DNA of 54,774 nucleotides, filler included, from Catajapyx aquilonaris (GCA_000934665.2; 3 parts of 3 records of this genome joined end to end with filler, not necessarily neighbours in it); one strand, 5' to 3'; shown: positions 33,050-46,414, numbered from the whole stretch's first letter. The notes: generated by a model from the letters alone, not told the origin. Made by a program: numbers and translations.

Positions 33050-34890
33050 ATCTCAGTCAAGTTGCCCTGTAAGTTATGTACTTCATCCTCAGCCTTCTTC
33101 AGTTTTCAATATTTGTGCGGCTAGTTCATCATTCCGAGTCTGCATTTTTTCCTCCAGAGAAGTAATAGTTGCCTTGGCTTCTTTCAACTCTTCACTCTAA
33201 CATGGATGCATGTGGCATGTTAAATAAAACTGTCAAGGTGTTTCGTAATGCCCTGTTGTGGAGGGTGCTTACCTTCTCAAAGAATTTTTGATTTTTTTCG
33301 TCCAGTTTATCCCGCATGTTGCCAGTGGCCGAAGCTTGTATTTTGCTTCCGCATCTTTCTTCGGTTACCTCGTTCTCCAAAGTTTGTATTTTATTCCTGT
33401 AATCTTCTATATCATTTTCCAACTTTTCAATATTTCTGTCCTGCAAAAAATCAAAATGACGCATAAACATCTGAAGGGTTGAAACATTATGGACAAGCTG
33501 TGGAAAATTTGTATAGATCATTTTGAATTATGCGATGCACAATACAATCCAGTGAAGGTCCTGAATTTAAATAATGTTTTTCATATTTAAATAAAACAAT
33601 AATTATTGTAATCAGCGAAATCTGTGCGTGTGGTGATGTGCACTGTATAGATATTTTTTTTGCACATAAAGTTAAAAATATAAATGAAACGCACCTTTGC
33701 TGTGCAACTTCCTTCCTTTTCTTTCAGTTGTTCTCTCAGATTTCCAGCTTCCGGCCGTACCAATCCCTTCTCATAAATCTGATTGGTCAAGGCCTGTTCC
33801 AGACCGAGTATTTTGACATCTGATTCCTCAACCTTCCTTTCGAGACGACTGATGTCTTCATTCTAATGCAGCAAAAAAAATGAAGTCACGTCAGAGATGC
33901 ACGAGAATAAATGCAGACGTCCCAAACACTTATGGAACATAATCAATAACAGAACGCACAGTATTAGTAACTCAACCTGACGTCACAAGCTATTAATTGT
34001 CAGCTTCCTTGTAGACATTGTTGTGGTTAATTTGCAGAATACCTTCAGTGCAATCTTTATGTCACATTCGGCATTCTGGGTCTCCCTAATATTCGCAGTG
34101 TCTTGTCTCCTCCCGAGTATTTCTTCTTCCACTTGCCCTTCTAAATGCCGGATACTTATCTCGTTGGCAGCCAGCTGTCGTTTTAGTTCCTTGATTGTCT
34201 CACTCTGCCGAAGAAATTGCAAGTTACATTCGTGCTGATCACAACAGATAACTAAAATACCGTACCTTGCGCTGGAACCTCACCTAAACAAAAAAGCCAT
34301 CTCGGCTGCACCGGTGTAACTGGCACAAACACCTAAGTTGTGACCAAGGTTAAGGTCAACATCTGGTTCAAGGCAATATGAGTCCACACACAATTTAGTG
34401 GCCTCTTTTGCCACGTCCAGATGAATTAACCTTACCGACTGTGGGTGTGGTGCGATGCTTCTTCCCAAGCTTGAGGGGAATTTCTGGCTCGCAGTGTAAG
34501 GATAGACTGCACATAACTTACTGAGTGGGTGAAATCTGAGAGTGTAGTTCCCGAGGATACGCAAAAAAATCGAGGGAAATCCCCGATGGCTGTTTACTTC
34601 CACTTTGGCCACAGCTGAGATTGTGCATGTAAGACTCAATTGGAGGCTGCGCGAGCGGGTTACAAATTTGGGACTTGTGTCGATCGTAGGACAAAGGGGC
34701 ACACAAAGGACGAGGTAAATCCCCGCAGATAGTGTGTTGACAGGATCTCACATGCTGGCAGTCTTGCTGACAGTGCAAATTGTGGGTACGTGAGCTTCGA
34801 AATAGGCAACTGAAGTACCGACTAGTGCTCCACATACTTGGATGCGTGCCGAGAGTTGTCAGAAGGGCGAGGGAACTCCCCGAAGAGTAT
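33050..34890 (-). pseudogene. Decayed partial tandem duplicate of the coiled-coil gene
   Basis: Paralogous exons (SETIKELKRQ.., NEDISRL.., DRNIEKLE..). Exon 2 is almost deleted (34266-34280), exons 6/7 are fused by deletion (~33100), and the 3' exons are absent. Confidence 0.75.
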
Positions 34891-35727
34891 GTACCGCTAA
34901 TTTCATTGGTGTCACATTCCTAATAAGGAAATATCTCATAGAATATTTCGGTCACTTCTGACAGTTAGAGGCAGTGGACAGCTTTTATCCAGTTTAAAAT
35001 AATTTATTGACTAGTGCAGTTACAGGTATGTCTCCTGCAGTAATGACTTTAAAAATATTTCTGTCCTGTCGGTGTGATTAAAAAGTTGCAGTGTCAACTG
35101 ACCCGCTCATCTGGAGCCAGGCTCTAGAAGCGAACTTGATTCCTACCCCCATAGCCACAACACTTGAGTTGTAGTTGTAGCTGCATATAGACGCTGCTGG
35201 GCCATTTCCATTCCAGACGAGGAAGGAGCAACATCAGTAGATTATTTTCTACGGGATCAACATGGCATCACGGTAAGTCGTAAATTGGTCGTAAATTATT
35301 TATGCTGGCGTAAACCCACGTAAACCAGCTGGACAGATCGAGACAAAATAATAGTACTAAAGATGCATTCGCTAATGAAACCCATCATCGTAGCGGACTT
35401 TTTTTCTCTAATGCATCTTTGAATAGCAACGAGAATATCAATTACGTAGTCTAATACTTTCTCCCATAATCATAGGTATCCTAGTGACTCTCGATATGGG
35501 GGTGCGAATATGCCAAGTGGAGAGGCGTTTGAGGTAAGATTACATCTTATTCAGAGTGTACTATAGAGGGACCTTAAGGTGGAAATGAAGCTAGAGTCAT
35601 TCAATGAGAATTTTATGAAAAAAACATATGTTACGCAGTTTTGTGTCCTCTTATCAATGGTGCAAAGAAAAATACACGTCACCGTGCAAATTAGCGAACT
35701 AGAGGGCTCAGAAGTTCGCGATTTAAC

Positions 35728-36445
35728 ATGGGCCCTTATGGCAGAATTTTCAATAGTCCACAAAAACATCATAAGCAAATGAGAATTTTAAAATTTAATG
35801 TGGAATATGTCGGGACTTATATACTGATCGCAACCGCAAAAAGAAAAACCTGCCTCACCGTGCTCTTTCAATTTGTATTGCTGAAAAACGATCCGAAAAT
35901 GATCCAGTGACGTCACATTGCTCCACTCGAGTGAGGACGTGGCAACACAGCGTTGTTTACGGTAGCGAGATACGGTTGCATACGACCGCGAAATATGAGT
36001 GCAAGTCAGTATGATGGTTTTTACAATGGCTCACACAGGATTTTCGTTTGGCGGGGGTGTTTGTCAGACGTCAGAACCGTTATATTAGTTTATATAGTTA
36101 TAATTATAATATAATAATCGAATTATTCGAATCCACCCGGCAATGACGTCACATTGCTACGCGATAATTGGCCCGGACCTTTGCTGCGTTGCCGCTTCTA
36201 TCTGTCACACGCGTACCAACTGAACGTGTTCCAAATCCGACACAAATGAAGAGCTACAGGCTCCCCTTTCGGAACTAAACTTTTAAAAATGCCATGACAA
36301 ATTGGGACCTCGTAATTACGACCGAATAAAATCGATTTCCATCAAAAATAACAAATATTAAGCACACCTCCAAATACCATGTTTAAGTTGGCAGTTGTGA
36401 AAATTGCGCCTGCGCACAAAAACTTGCCGTCGGTAATGGGCCCAT
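35728..36445. mobile_element. Possible degenerate non-autonomous DNA transposon
   Basis: Imperfect inverted ends ATGGGCCCTTA.. / ..TAATGGGCCCAT and an internal repeat tgacgtcacattgct (35908, 36144). Confidence 0.3.
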
Positions 36446-36498
36446 ATTAAATCGAGTTTAAAACGCAGATTCGAATGGAATGCATAGGATTGAACAGC

Positions 36499-36598
36499 NN
36501 NNNNNNNNNNNNNNNNNNNNNNNNNNNNNNNNNNNNNNNNNNTTAATTAATTAANNNNNNNNNNNNNNNNNNNNNNNNNNNNNNNNNNNNNNNNNNNN
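36499..36598. other. Assembly gap with TTAATTAATTAA linker
   Basis: 44 N + ttaattaattaa + 44 N. Confidence 0.97.
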
Positions 36599-36689
36599 TT
36601 TCCGGACACGGTTTCCTATGTCAAAAATGTTTGTCTTGGTCCCCTCTATTACCCCTGGAAGTTTGTAAAGTTAGGTCGTAAACACCCTG
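36599..36689 (+). mobile_element. Tc1/mariner-type MITE, right TIR
   Basis: ...GGTCGTAAACACCCTG|TA, the reverse complement of 18098-18188. Confidence 0.8.
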
Positions 36690-36975
36690 TATATAATATA
36701 GCAGAACTCTTTGGTTCTGACACCATCACAAGGAAGTCGCTTAGTGTTATTCTTTCTATTGTTGTCACTGTTTACAGAGTGTCAGTGACGGGGTTGACCA
36801 ATTTCTGGGGGTTGACCCCAGCGACGCAGTGACAGGGATACGCAGAAAAAACGGGAAAATGATGATGTTAGAAGGAAGTCACTTTGGGAAAATGTTCCCT
36901 GCTGGACTCAAAGTAAGGTTTTCATCCACACCACACGATATAATCCATCCATGAGGAGAGAGTGTCAATTAAGAT

Positions 36976-37331
36976 CAGGGGGTGTAGTGCTAATTGAGAG
37001 TGCGTCAACTACTGATGGATTTTCTCGGTTTAAGTGCCCTTTCCACGTAATTAGACGCCGCTAAGACGAATGGTGACCATGCCTCGTGTGTCAGACACGG
37101 AATTTAGCCCCTGTGACGTCATATTTCAAAATGGCCACACCATAAAGGCTACATGCCATTCACGTCATATTCGTGCCAGGACTGAAATATGACGTCATAT
37201 GGGCCAAATTACGTGTCTGACATACGAGGCATGGTCACCATTTATCCTAGCGGTGTCGAATTACGCGGAAAAGACGCTTGAGCTGAAAGAATCTGTCAGT
37301 TGACGCACTCTCAATTAGCACTACACCTCTG
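36976..37331. mobile_element. Foldback MITE with ~150-bp imperfect TIRs
   Basis: CAGGGGGTGTAGTGCTAATTGAGAGTGCGTCAACT...TGACGTCATATTTCA mirrored by TGAAATATGACGTCA...AGTTGACGCACTCTCAATTAGCACTACACCTCTG. No clean TSD. Confidence 0.8.
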
Positions 37332-38855
37332 AATTATTACTGTTAAGAAAGTAGGTGAGGCATGTCTTGAACCATTTGGTTTCGCTTTTTTTGGTGGCAG
37401 CTTCGGAAGTGGCAAGATGCTTTCCATTCCATTTATTGCATTATCTGAGCTATTGCCCTACTAGTTGTCGTCAATGGCGATTGATAATTATGCAAGAACT
37501 GAGTCTAATTTTAAAGCGCCATTGTTTACGAGTCATGGTATGTTCTCCAGTTCGTCATCGGCAGTGGCCTTACACCTCTCCGTAGCTTTATGCGCTCGTT
37601 CGGCACTGTAATCTTTCGCATTGGTTTTGGGACGATCGTGTCCATTTTGTGGCGACGGTTTTTGAATCAGTGGTGACATACTTATTTTTGATTAGAGATT
37701 TATTGGCGTGGCAATAATTATACGCGTGAGTGTGTTTCCTAATATTATAGGCACGTTCGGAAATGAATTACTCTTTTCTTTCCCGCTGAAGAAGTGGACC
37801 TAGAAGTTCCATTATTCACCACTCTGGGCGGTGTCGAAGTCCAAGTCCGAATGTTTATATTGTGTCCATTCTGGAGGTTAATTCGAAAATAATTATTAGA
37901 GAGTAATCACGTCGAAGGAACCTGAGTTCAATTAAAGTTTATTTAGCTAGTGCTTCAGGGATATACAGTACCTTGACAGTACTCATGTTGTGATTACAGG
38001 CCATATCGATGTACATTTTGCGGCAGTCGGTATCAATACTGCCTTAATCATGCGCGCCATAAAATTAATAAAACTGAAGATCCAAAATGTTACATACCCC
38101 GAGATGCTCAATACATGGGTAATTGTCAGCATATTTTGTTTTACATGTAGACTACGTTGGCTACTCTGTAATTGACTGCTAGCGAAGCTACTTTTTAAAT
38201 AAAACAAAGTGTAGATTTTATTGTGTGGACATTTTAAATCAATAAAATAAATGTATGCTTTGCGCAGGAAATAAAAATGAAAGAACGAATGTTTGTGTAC
38301 AGTATAACTGTATAAAATTGTTTTCAGCGTTTTTTCTTCTTGATCTATACCGTACATTGCAACAACTTGAATAGTGAATAATGTTGAAAAATGTTTTTGA
38401 CCTTTGGGGAATCAAAAGTAGTCCTTGAAATGTTGAGGTCATTCCGAATCAAGTGGGCCGAAATGGTGCGCTACCATCACAGATTTCGCTGAAAAAATCA
38501 CAGCTTTATGGTCGGGTCGCCGTACCTCTGACACAGCTGTGCACACCCGTCACTCTATAAATACCAAGTTTCAGCCACATTGCGCAATACCGTGGGGAGT
38601 GGGGCACCAGAAATTTTGAAAGGAGCTGAAAATGAACCCGTTTTTGGAGAGTTCGTTTCAGTTGGTGCAGGTTGTCAAAACCCATTAATATAGACTATAT
38701 CAAAAGAAAGAAAAACCATGAGGGGAATGCAACTATGGAATTAGTTCTCATCACAAATGTAATTTAGTGTGCGTGGAATTCCATCAGTCACAATCATGTC
38801 CCAAGATTTCGGTCCCCGAAAATTAATGAAAAATGTTCGAAGCATCTACAGTATC

Positions 38856-39545
38856 TTCTTCATAATGATCATGGTTTTTGTGATCCAAATAAATGCTACT
38901 GTCAGCGGACTTATGTTGTTTATAATCATGCCACTCCCCTCTTGAAAAAATGGACACGGACATTTTGTCATCGCTGAAAATGCGAAGATTTCTACGTATT
39001 CTTTGTCCATTCTCATTTCTGAAATGTATGCGTCAATGTCCTTGGTTAACTGCGCAGTTCAGCGCACCTCTGAAATTCTGATTTACATGGGGGCTACCAG
39101 TATCTTGACAACTGGGGATTTCAGTCGTAAAAATGGCATGCCATAGTCGATTGATGCGCTTCGAAGTACTTCGAGGATTACTGGCAAGAACTTCGCTTTG
39201 AGGTCCTGGTCCTGGTCCTGTGGTGTCATAATTATTCTTTAGCACTGCGGGAGTACGTTCTGTGTAAAATGCAGAGGGCTTTGTAAAAAAAACACGTCTG
39301 AGGTTTCCAGATTAACTTCTCCCTATTGGTGTACATGAAATCTGCTACTGCTGTCCTGACTTGTTGCTGGTACTTCTCGCGGCCTGTCACGATGTCGCTG
39401 ACTCAGGGGAAGCCACAGTTACCATCTGAAAGGACTCGCTTCCACGCTGTCGGTGGCGCAGTTCACTACGCCTTATTCCAGTATCGCAGTTCATTATTTG
39501 GCAACGTTTCCCTTGACAAGTGTAATCCACTAGATTAAAGCTCAT
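38856..39545 (-). pseudogene. Degenerate OTU-family cysteine protease (deubiquitinase) domain
   Basis: Reconstructed across stops and frameshifts: SDGNCGF.*VSDIVTGREKYQQQVRTAVADFM (Cys 39415-17) ... EYVEIFAFSAMTKCP/VSIFSRGEWHDY..IYLDHKNHDHYE (His 38865-67). Confidence 0.7.
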
Positions 39546-42500
39546 GTCTAAAAGACCTGTTTCAGGTATTACAGTGACCTCGTCATCCCAGTTTTCCATA
39601 TCAGCAATAGGCCTACTATAAGCTGGATTATCTGGAGCCACTATACTGAAGGTGCTGGTTTCAAGACACCGCTCCCCTCCTATAGGTGGACCGGAACTTC
39701 CGGGTTTTCTGTAGTCATTCGAATGCAATTGTTGTCTGACTGATGGTAATAAATTAGTACAATGACACCATTGTTAGGTATTGGACTTTTCACTATGACT
39801 TTCTCGTCGAGCCGAGTTCTTGGTTTTTTAGGACCGCCCTCATACTTCTTGCTGCGTAGGACCTATCGTCTTTCTTCGTGCTTGCTTTTATAATCGCCGC
39901 TCCTTTCCAATTACGCACAACTTATCTTCGCCGATGACCCGATGAATATTTGATGGCGTCCTGCCGAAGAGGTCACCGTCTTAGGACACGGTGTTATATG
40001 ATCATCCAAGAATTTCGGAAGAAAATTGATGGCAAAGGCAGAATCTAGATGTTTTGGCGGAATTTTAACTAGGAAATGGTGCATAGTGTCCCTTTAAGAC
40101 GGCCACTTTACTTTATGGCAACAACTTACATTAACATCGGACGGAGGCCCTCCTACGCCTTATATACCATGTTTTTCAATGATTGCTGTTTTGGGTATGT
40201 TTTTTCCCTGAACTCCATGGATCCGGAGGAGAATAAAAAAGCAAAACATAAGGAGTGATTTCAAACCCGATTGAAGAATAGGTACCACTAATCATTCCCA
40301 TTCTCATTCCCACTTCCCTGTACCAATGGCCAATCACCTATTCCTCTTTTCTGGTAGAGTGGGGCAAACGGGATTTCTTAGGCTTCATGTGTCGACCTTT
40401 CCCTCCTCAGTTTCTCTGCTTAAGTAGTTGGCTAAATTTCTCAGTTGGTGTCCACTACCATTCGATGAATTATTGACACTTCATCTCGGCATACCATTTC
40501 ATGGATCTTATACAGGCATGAAATCGTCAGTTGATCATTAATCAATCTCCAGCGTTAAGCAACTTGTTCCATTTTGTCCTGGACCATATCAATGGTTTTA
40601 TTGAATACAAGCTTGGTAAATTCCAATGAAAAATGCCGAAACATGGTGTCCCTCAGTTTTTATGAAGATTAGGTATAACCGGTTCTATCTGCTCTATATG
40701 TGAGGTGCCAGGCACAGCAGTGGTCACATGGCTCTTAAATACCGTTCGCGTTGGTTTAGTACAAGTAACCTAAGGTATCACCTTACGGTACATTGAATAG
40801 GCTTGTCCTGAAGGGCAAGAAGTAGTTGGGCCATTTTCAATGGCCTTCAAGTTGGTTGGTAAGTGTGATTCACTCAGAGGATCAACGGCCTTTCCTGTAA
40901 CTCTGTATAGTTTGGCACATAGTCCAGGGCTGTTTTCATGGAAATAAACGTATTGGGAGGTTTCATTACACATTTCGGCGCCAGAGGTGAGTCCTGAGAA
41001 GTTGAATGTAGTTACCTAATGATTATGTTATGTAGATTGCATACCAGTGCGCAAAAAATTGCAACTGGTGCTACCTCGGCATATTCATACCATCATGGGC
41101 GTGTGGCAATTTGATTTGGAAATTACATTCCGATGCATTTAATTCCTGTAAGTCTGAAGCCGTTCATTGGTCCAAGGGCCGGTTGCGAGATAGATGGCCA
41201 ATTTCAGGTGGACACATCATCGCTACAATTTCATCTTTCTAAGGACGTCAAAAAAAGAAAGATATTATGATCTTCAAAAATGAGCATGAACCACTCCTAT
41301 GATAAATGATAGAAGGTTATAAATAGGCCATGGTTGCATCAGTCGCTGGGCTGATGAATTATTCAGAGATATCATCTGTCCTAGGCTTTCATGCCGGTCT
41401 TATCAGTAAATAGCTTGACCTCTGGCCAACGTTTCACCATCCACCCCATATTTATTATCGTCCAGGGTAATAGTTGGATGCTTGTCTTGATCTTCCTCCC
41501 ACTCGCTGGCGAAGATTTCTACTTTTGATTAATGAGATAGTCGTACATGTTCAGACTCTTAGAATCTGTTGTGTGAACTTCTGCAGTTGTAGGCCATTGC
41601 ATTTAATGATATGAATAAATGAAATTCTGGTACTTATCTCATGAAGACATTTACGCCTTGAGCTCGTTCAGTAAATTTTAGATTCGCCCCAAAGCTATAT
41701 ATGGCCTGTAACTTTGTCTGCTACTGGTGTACTTGTTCTTTCTTGGCCGTGTTTGATCTCAGACCCCCTCACGCTCATGCCAGTCTCCAGTTTGGTTATG
41801 CATTTCCTTCAGTGTCGTGGGAGTCACAGTCGCTGTGGGCTGGATTATGAACGTTAGACTGTTCTTTCTTGATCTTATAACCAGTAAACTAACCTGAGAT
41901 CCTGTGGAGAACGTCCGGTCTCGATGGCCTGCCTGCTTTCGACGCATCCGACAAATATCTCTCCAAAATGAAAGAGATTCGTTTTCTTGCTCAGGAATAT
42001 GTTTCATACGTTATAAATGACCAGATAATGATGGACCTCTTCCGCATGCTCACCAGAAAGACAATGTGTTATTTCGTACATTTCCACACCTGCCGTCCAT
42101 CACTCATAAACTTGTGATCAAGCTTAGGTGGCATATTTCATGTCGCGGGTGTTCAATTTTCAGAATTAATCATCGGCATTGCCTGTTGTACAAGCACATT
42201 GTACTGTATATTATGATCGTTTTAAAAATGTCATTTTCCAGGTGTTGTGTAGTGCCTTCCACATGGCAGGTTACACCATATCAGCGTCAATCTGAACACG
42301 CCTGACTCAGTGTCTGCCACAAGCATTTTGATGTGTTAAATATGCAAAATAATTTACATTACGTATGATTTTCTTAAAAGACTTGGTGAACCGAAATATT
42401 CCAGAATGAATTTTGAGTCACATATTCATCATGTGCCGTTTAGCAGTCACTCTTTGTCTTCCATATGCACGTTTCTCTTCCTCAGCCTAGCAGAGGGTAT

Positions 42501-43586
42501 CGTTGAACAAGTTGCCACTCGTATGGCCTAGTCCTCCTTCCTGTAGGAATATCCTTCCTGATAACTCCATGCTTCAGCACCTTCCTACTAGGCATTTCAT
42601 TCTCTGCAGAGTACTGTCCACAAGTGTAGGGTGACCAGTGGTGTTTGTGTGCAAAACACTTGACACTCTCCTCCAAAGACCATGGCACAGCACATGCATC
42701 CTAGAGAAAAAAAATGTCTCAATATTGCTTGATTAATATGTCAACTATCTTGCGCGTTGTTTGGTTTTGGACGAATCGGGAACCCCCGGTTGGAAACAAG
42801 TCACTGAAGCCACAAGGAAAAGCCAGAACCAAAAGACGCATGTTGATCTGATTATAATACGAAGCAGGTATAAAGCAAGTATGCTGCATGGGGGGTAAAT
42901 TACACAAAATGTCAATTGGCCAACATTCTAGGAGTCGGCGTTGCATGTTGTACAAGCACATTGTACTGTATTTGATCGTTCTGTCATTTTCCAGGTGTTG
43001 TGTAGCGCCTTCCACATGACAGGTTACCCGTGAACATTTCGGTACTCATTTGGGAAAGGTAAATGCATATAAGCCTTAAAATAGCTTTTAACGCAATTCC
43101 ACAATTGGAGTGACACAGGCATCGTTTGTGTTCTGAGCAAATCATGTTGGTGTCGTTTACTTAACATTCATCGCCGTCTCTGTGTCACATAGGAATGACT
43201 TACATCTTCTGACTTGATTGAGTCGGCTTGCTCTGCTGTTACTCGCTTATCTATGGCTGTACCACTTTTCTCTTTCTTTACGGCGCTATACAAGTCTGAA
43301 AACTGCCTATAACCACCTGAGGACGAGAATATTCATGTTGCAGTAGTTGTAAGACAAGTTATCCATTATTTTGCATTCCAGGTTTGGCTTACTTTACTGA
43401 GGACTAGGCTGCCAATAGCTGCTGCTGATCATCTCGGAATAATTCTTTGACGCAGCGAAATAGTGTTGTCGATGGCTTTTTAAATAGTTCCTGGTGCGGC
43501 GGGCGATGTTCTGATATCGGGCTGTAGTATAGGCGAGAGTCCATGGTAATATGTGTGCAATGTTTCATGTGTGGTTCTCCGGCTGG

Positions 43587-43811
43587 ATCTGACTTAATTA
43601 ATTAATAATAATTAATTAATTAATTAATTATCTCATTTTTTAAAAAATAAAATAAATAAATAAATAAACACACATTTTGTTCAGTTAACGTTGGGGGTGG
43701 GGTGGCCTTGCCTGCCCTCCCCTACAACGTCACAGGTGCTTGGCGCAGTATAGCCATTGCTGCTGTTGCGCCATTAAACCATTAATCAATCAATCAATCA
43801 ATCTGACTTAA
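43587..43811 (+). mobile_element. 5'-truncated retroposon (SINE/LINE 3' end) with (AATC)n tail and 11-bp TSD
   Basis: TSD atctgacttaa at 43587-97 and 43801-11. Tail gccattaaaccattaatcaatcaatcaatc. Paralogous empty site at ~46133. Confidence 0.75.
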
Positions 43812-44185
43812 CAGAATCAGGAGGAAACATTCCAACGATGTGTGTTGACTGAAATGTATGAATATAAAACAAATAAGGGTTTAATGACCGCTTTGCTATT
43901 TTACCCTGGAAATATCATGTACAGTTGTACACTCAGGTTTCATAGATACTGGCTTCATAGTTTCCAGATGAGTTTAAATACGCCTAATGTCATGGTGCCA
44001 ATCTTCTGGTTAGTGCCATTTCATCTCTTTTCTGGGCCGTATCCCCAGCACGGACGGTTCCTTCTTCATCGTGATCTTCAGCATTAATATCATACCAAGT
44101 GCTCTAAGAAATGCTCCTCTGGCCTAACACTTCCTCACATAACCACAAAGTGGGAAAACTTCTGAGGACATGCCAAATGTATAGC

Positions 44186-44332
44186 CAAGGGGGTAATCAC
44201 TTCGGTACTCCAGTGTACACCTGCGAGTGGTACTCCCTGGTACTCTTCAGGTACCCACTCTTTATTACTCCTTGGTACTCCTTGAATTTGGTACTCCAGT
44301 GTACGCTTTTCAGTCGAGTGATTACCCCCTTG
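44186..44332. mobile_element. 147-bp MITE, P-element/hAT type
   Basis: 16-bp TIR CAAGGGGGTAATCACT, exact 8-bp TSD TGTATAGC (44178-85, 44333-40), internal GTACTCC repeats. Confidence 0.9.
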
Positions 44333-45210
44333 TGTATAGCGCTTTCCTCAACGGTGTTTGTTAAAATAGTTTCAAGAAATCGCACCTCTCGTCCTCTTCA
44401 AGAAAAAGGAAATGTTCATATATGAACCATAAAGGGACTTTTTGTCATATCTAATGCTCCATGCCCATTTGACCACGCCTGAATCACTGTCTGGCACAAA
44501 CATTTTCATATGTTAAATATTTAAAATAACGCAATTTTTTTATTGGTGAGTCGAAATGTTCTATGCAGTTACTTTTTTCTGCCATATGTAGGTGTCTTCA
44601 TCATGGCGGAGGGTATCGTTGATGAACAACTTGCAAATGGAATGTTCAGGTCTCAGGCACAACCTGCTCGATGAGTGTCATCCCAAGCGCATTCCTTGGG
44701 AGTTACACGTCGATCCTAAAGAGCGAGAAAATTAACACAAAATGAGCAAGACAATCGGCGTTGTACAATTACATGTACAGTACAATCATGATTGCTTTAC
44801 GCGCGAACATTTCGGTATTCATTTGGGAAAGGCAGATACACGTGCCTTATATTGACAAGTACCATTTAGCGCAATTCCACAATATGAGTGTCACAGACAT
44901 CGGTTGTTCTTAGCAAAGGTTGTGAGCGTCTTATACTTTACATTCATCGCCGTCTCTGTGTCGGATGAGAATGAATGAAATTTGCTAGTGACTTGATTCA
45001 GTCGGCTTGCTCTGCTGTTCAACAAGTGGCTTTTTCCTTGAGGCTCTTTACAAGGCGGAAAACTGCCTAACCGTGCTTCAAATTATGTGTGAGGAAGTAA
45101 TGGGCAAGAAACTGAGGACGAAAGTATTTTTACGGTACCCCATTATCGGGCCTTGGGCCCTTTTTAGGTGAGTGGAATACCACTGTTTTTTGGTATGGTA
45201 CCACATAATA

Positions 45211-45450
45211 TTTGTATTATTTAATTGTTCCAAGGGTAAGTAGGAGGGGATGTGCAAAGTGCAATGTCGTTACTTGGTCATTTTGGAACTCCCCCCGGGT
45301 GGATAAGTCTAGCGGAAATTTCCACCCGAGACGAAGCCAGAGATGGCCCAACTCTGCACGAGATGAAGGGGGGAACCCCGGGCTGGGATCGAACCCGGGA
45401 CCTTAACATCCGTGGGCGCGTGCGTTACCGCACCACCACTCCGCCTCCCG
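45211..45450 (-). mobile_element. tRNA-derived SINE
   Basis: Minus strand GGGAGGCGGAGTGGTGGTGCGGT (A-box-like)...GGTTCGATCCC (B box), then a non-tRNA body and an AT-rich tail. Short taata direct repeat flanks. Confidence 0.7.
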
Positions 45451-46289
45451 TAATAAGACCAGTTATCCACTACTTGCAGTCATATCTAGAGCAGTAGTAT
45501 TTTTTAATAGTATGACTTTTAGCCTGCGTTAATGGAAGAAATTCCTTCTGCTGGGAAGTAGATTTTTTTGTGTCACATCCAGAGAGAGAGAGAGAGAGGT
45601 CTTTTGATTCCGGGGGAAACGGAAGAGGAGCACTGCTGAGCTGGTCAAGATTTGTGTAGATGGTCTTGTTGTTCATGAGATTGTGTTTTATTAGCGCATA
45701 ATAAAATGTAATAATCTCCTAATTACGTGTGGTTCGTGGCAAATATCTGATGGAACTGGGCTTTTTCCATCACGAAACGAAATGCATGGCCCTGTATGCT
45801 CATAACTACATCGCATCCAGCATGGTCTTCATAATCATGTAACTCTAGCCCCATGTGGTGGGCTGATTACCATTACTTTGCATTCCAGGTTTGGCTTACT
45901 TTACTGAGGACCTTCGGTGTTGCTGCATGTGTGGCTGCCAATGGCTGCTGATGATCTTCTCCGAATAATTCTCTGACGCAGCGAAATGGGGCCGTAGATG
46001 GCTTTTTGAATAAACCCGTTCCTGGTGCGTCGGGCGATGTTCTATGATCTGCCGGTCACAGTTACGTAAGAGTCCATGGTAATATGTGTGCAATGTTTCA
46101 TATGCATACAATTTGTGGGTTTCTCCGGCTCGATCTGACTCAACAGGTCATATCAAGAGGAAAAATTCGTACAAGTCTTCCCAACGCCTTCACTTGCTTC
46201 ACTTGTAACGAACAGGATATACAGTAATTCCGTTGGCAATCCTTCATTCCTGAAGGTGGCCTTACGCTTAAAAGCTTTAACATTACTAA

Positions 46290-46414
46290 GGGCCGGTTTC
46301 ACCGAGCTTGGTATATGATAAAACCAGGTTTCTTTAGGAAAATCCATACAAATAGATAGGGATTTTGAGAAATACCCTGGTTTTATCATATACTGAGCTC
46401 GGTGAAACCGGCCC
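46290..46414. mobile_element. 125-bp PIF/Harbinger (Tourist-like) MITE
   Basis: TAA TSD on both sides. TIR GGGCCGGTTTCACCGAGCT.GTATATGATAAAACCAGG. Confidence 0.92.

Noticed and set aside
36778..36912. Isolated phase-0 exon-like segment (SVSDGVDQFLG...PAGLK) with good splice sites
   Set aside because: No partner exons or recognisable homology, and it does not continue the KolX ORF. Cannot be supported without RNA data.
40400..41720. Endogenous viral glycoprotein or other gene relic
   Set aside because: Coding-like but riddled with stops, and no diagnostic motif could be recognised.
45370..45449. tRNA gene
   Set aside because: Has A/B boxes but no convincing acceptor stem, and continues into a body and AT tail; treated as a SINE head.
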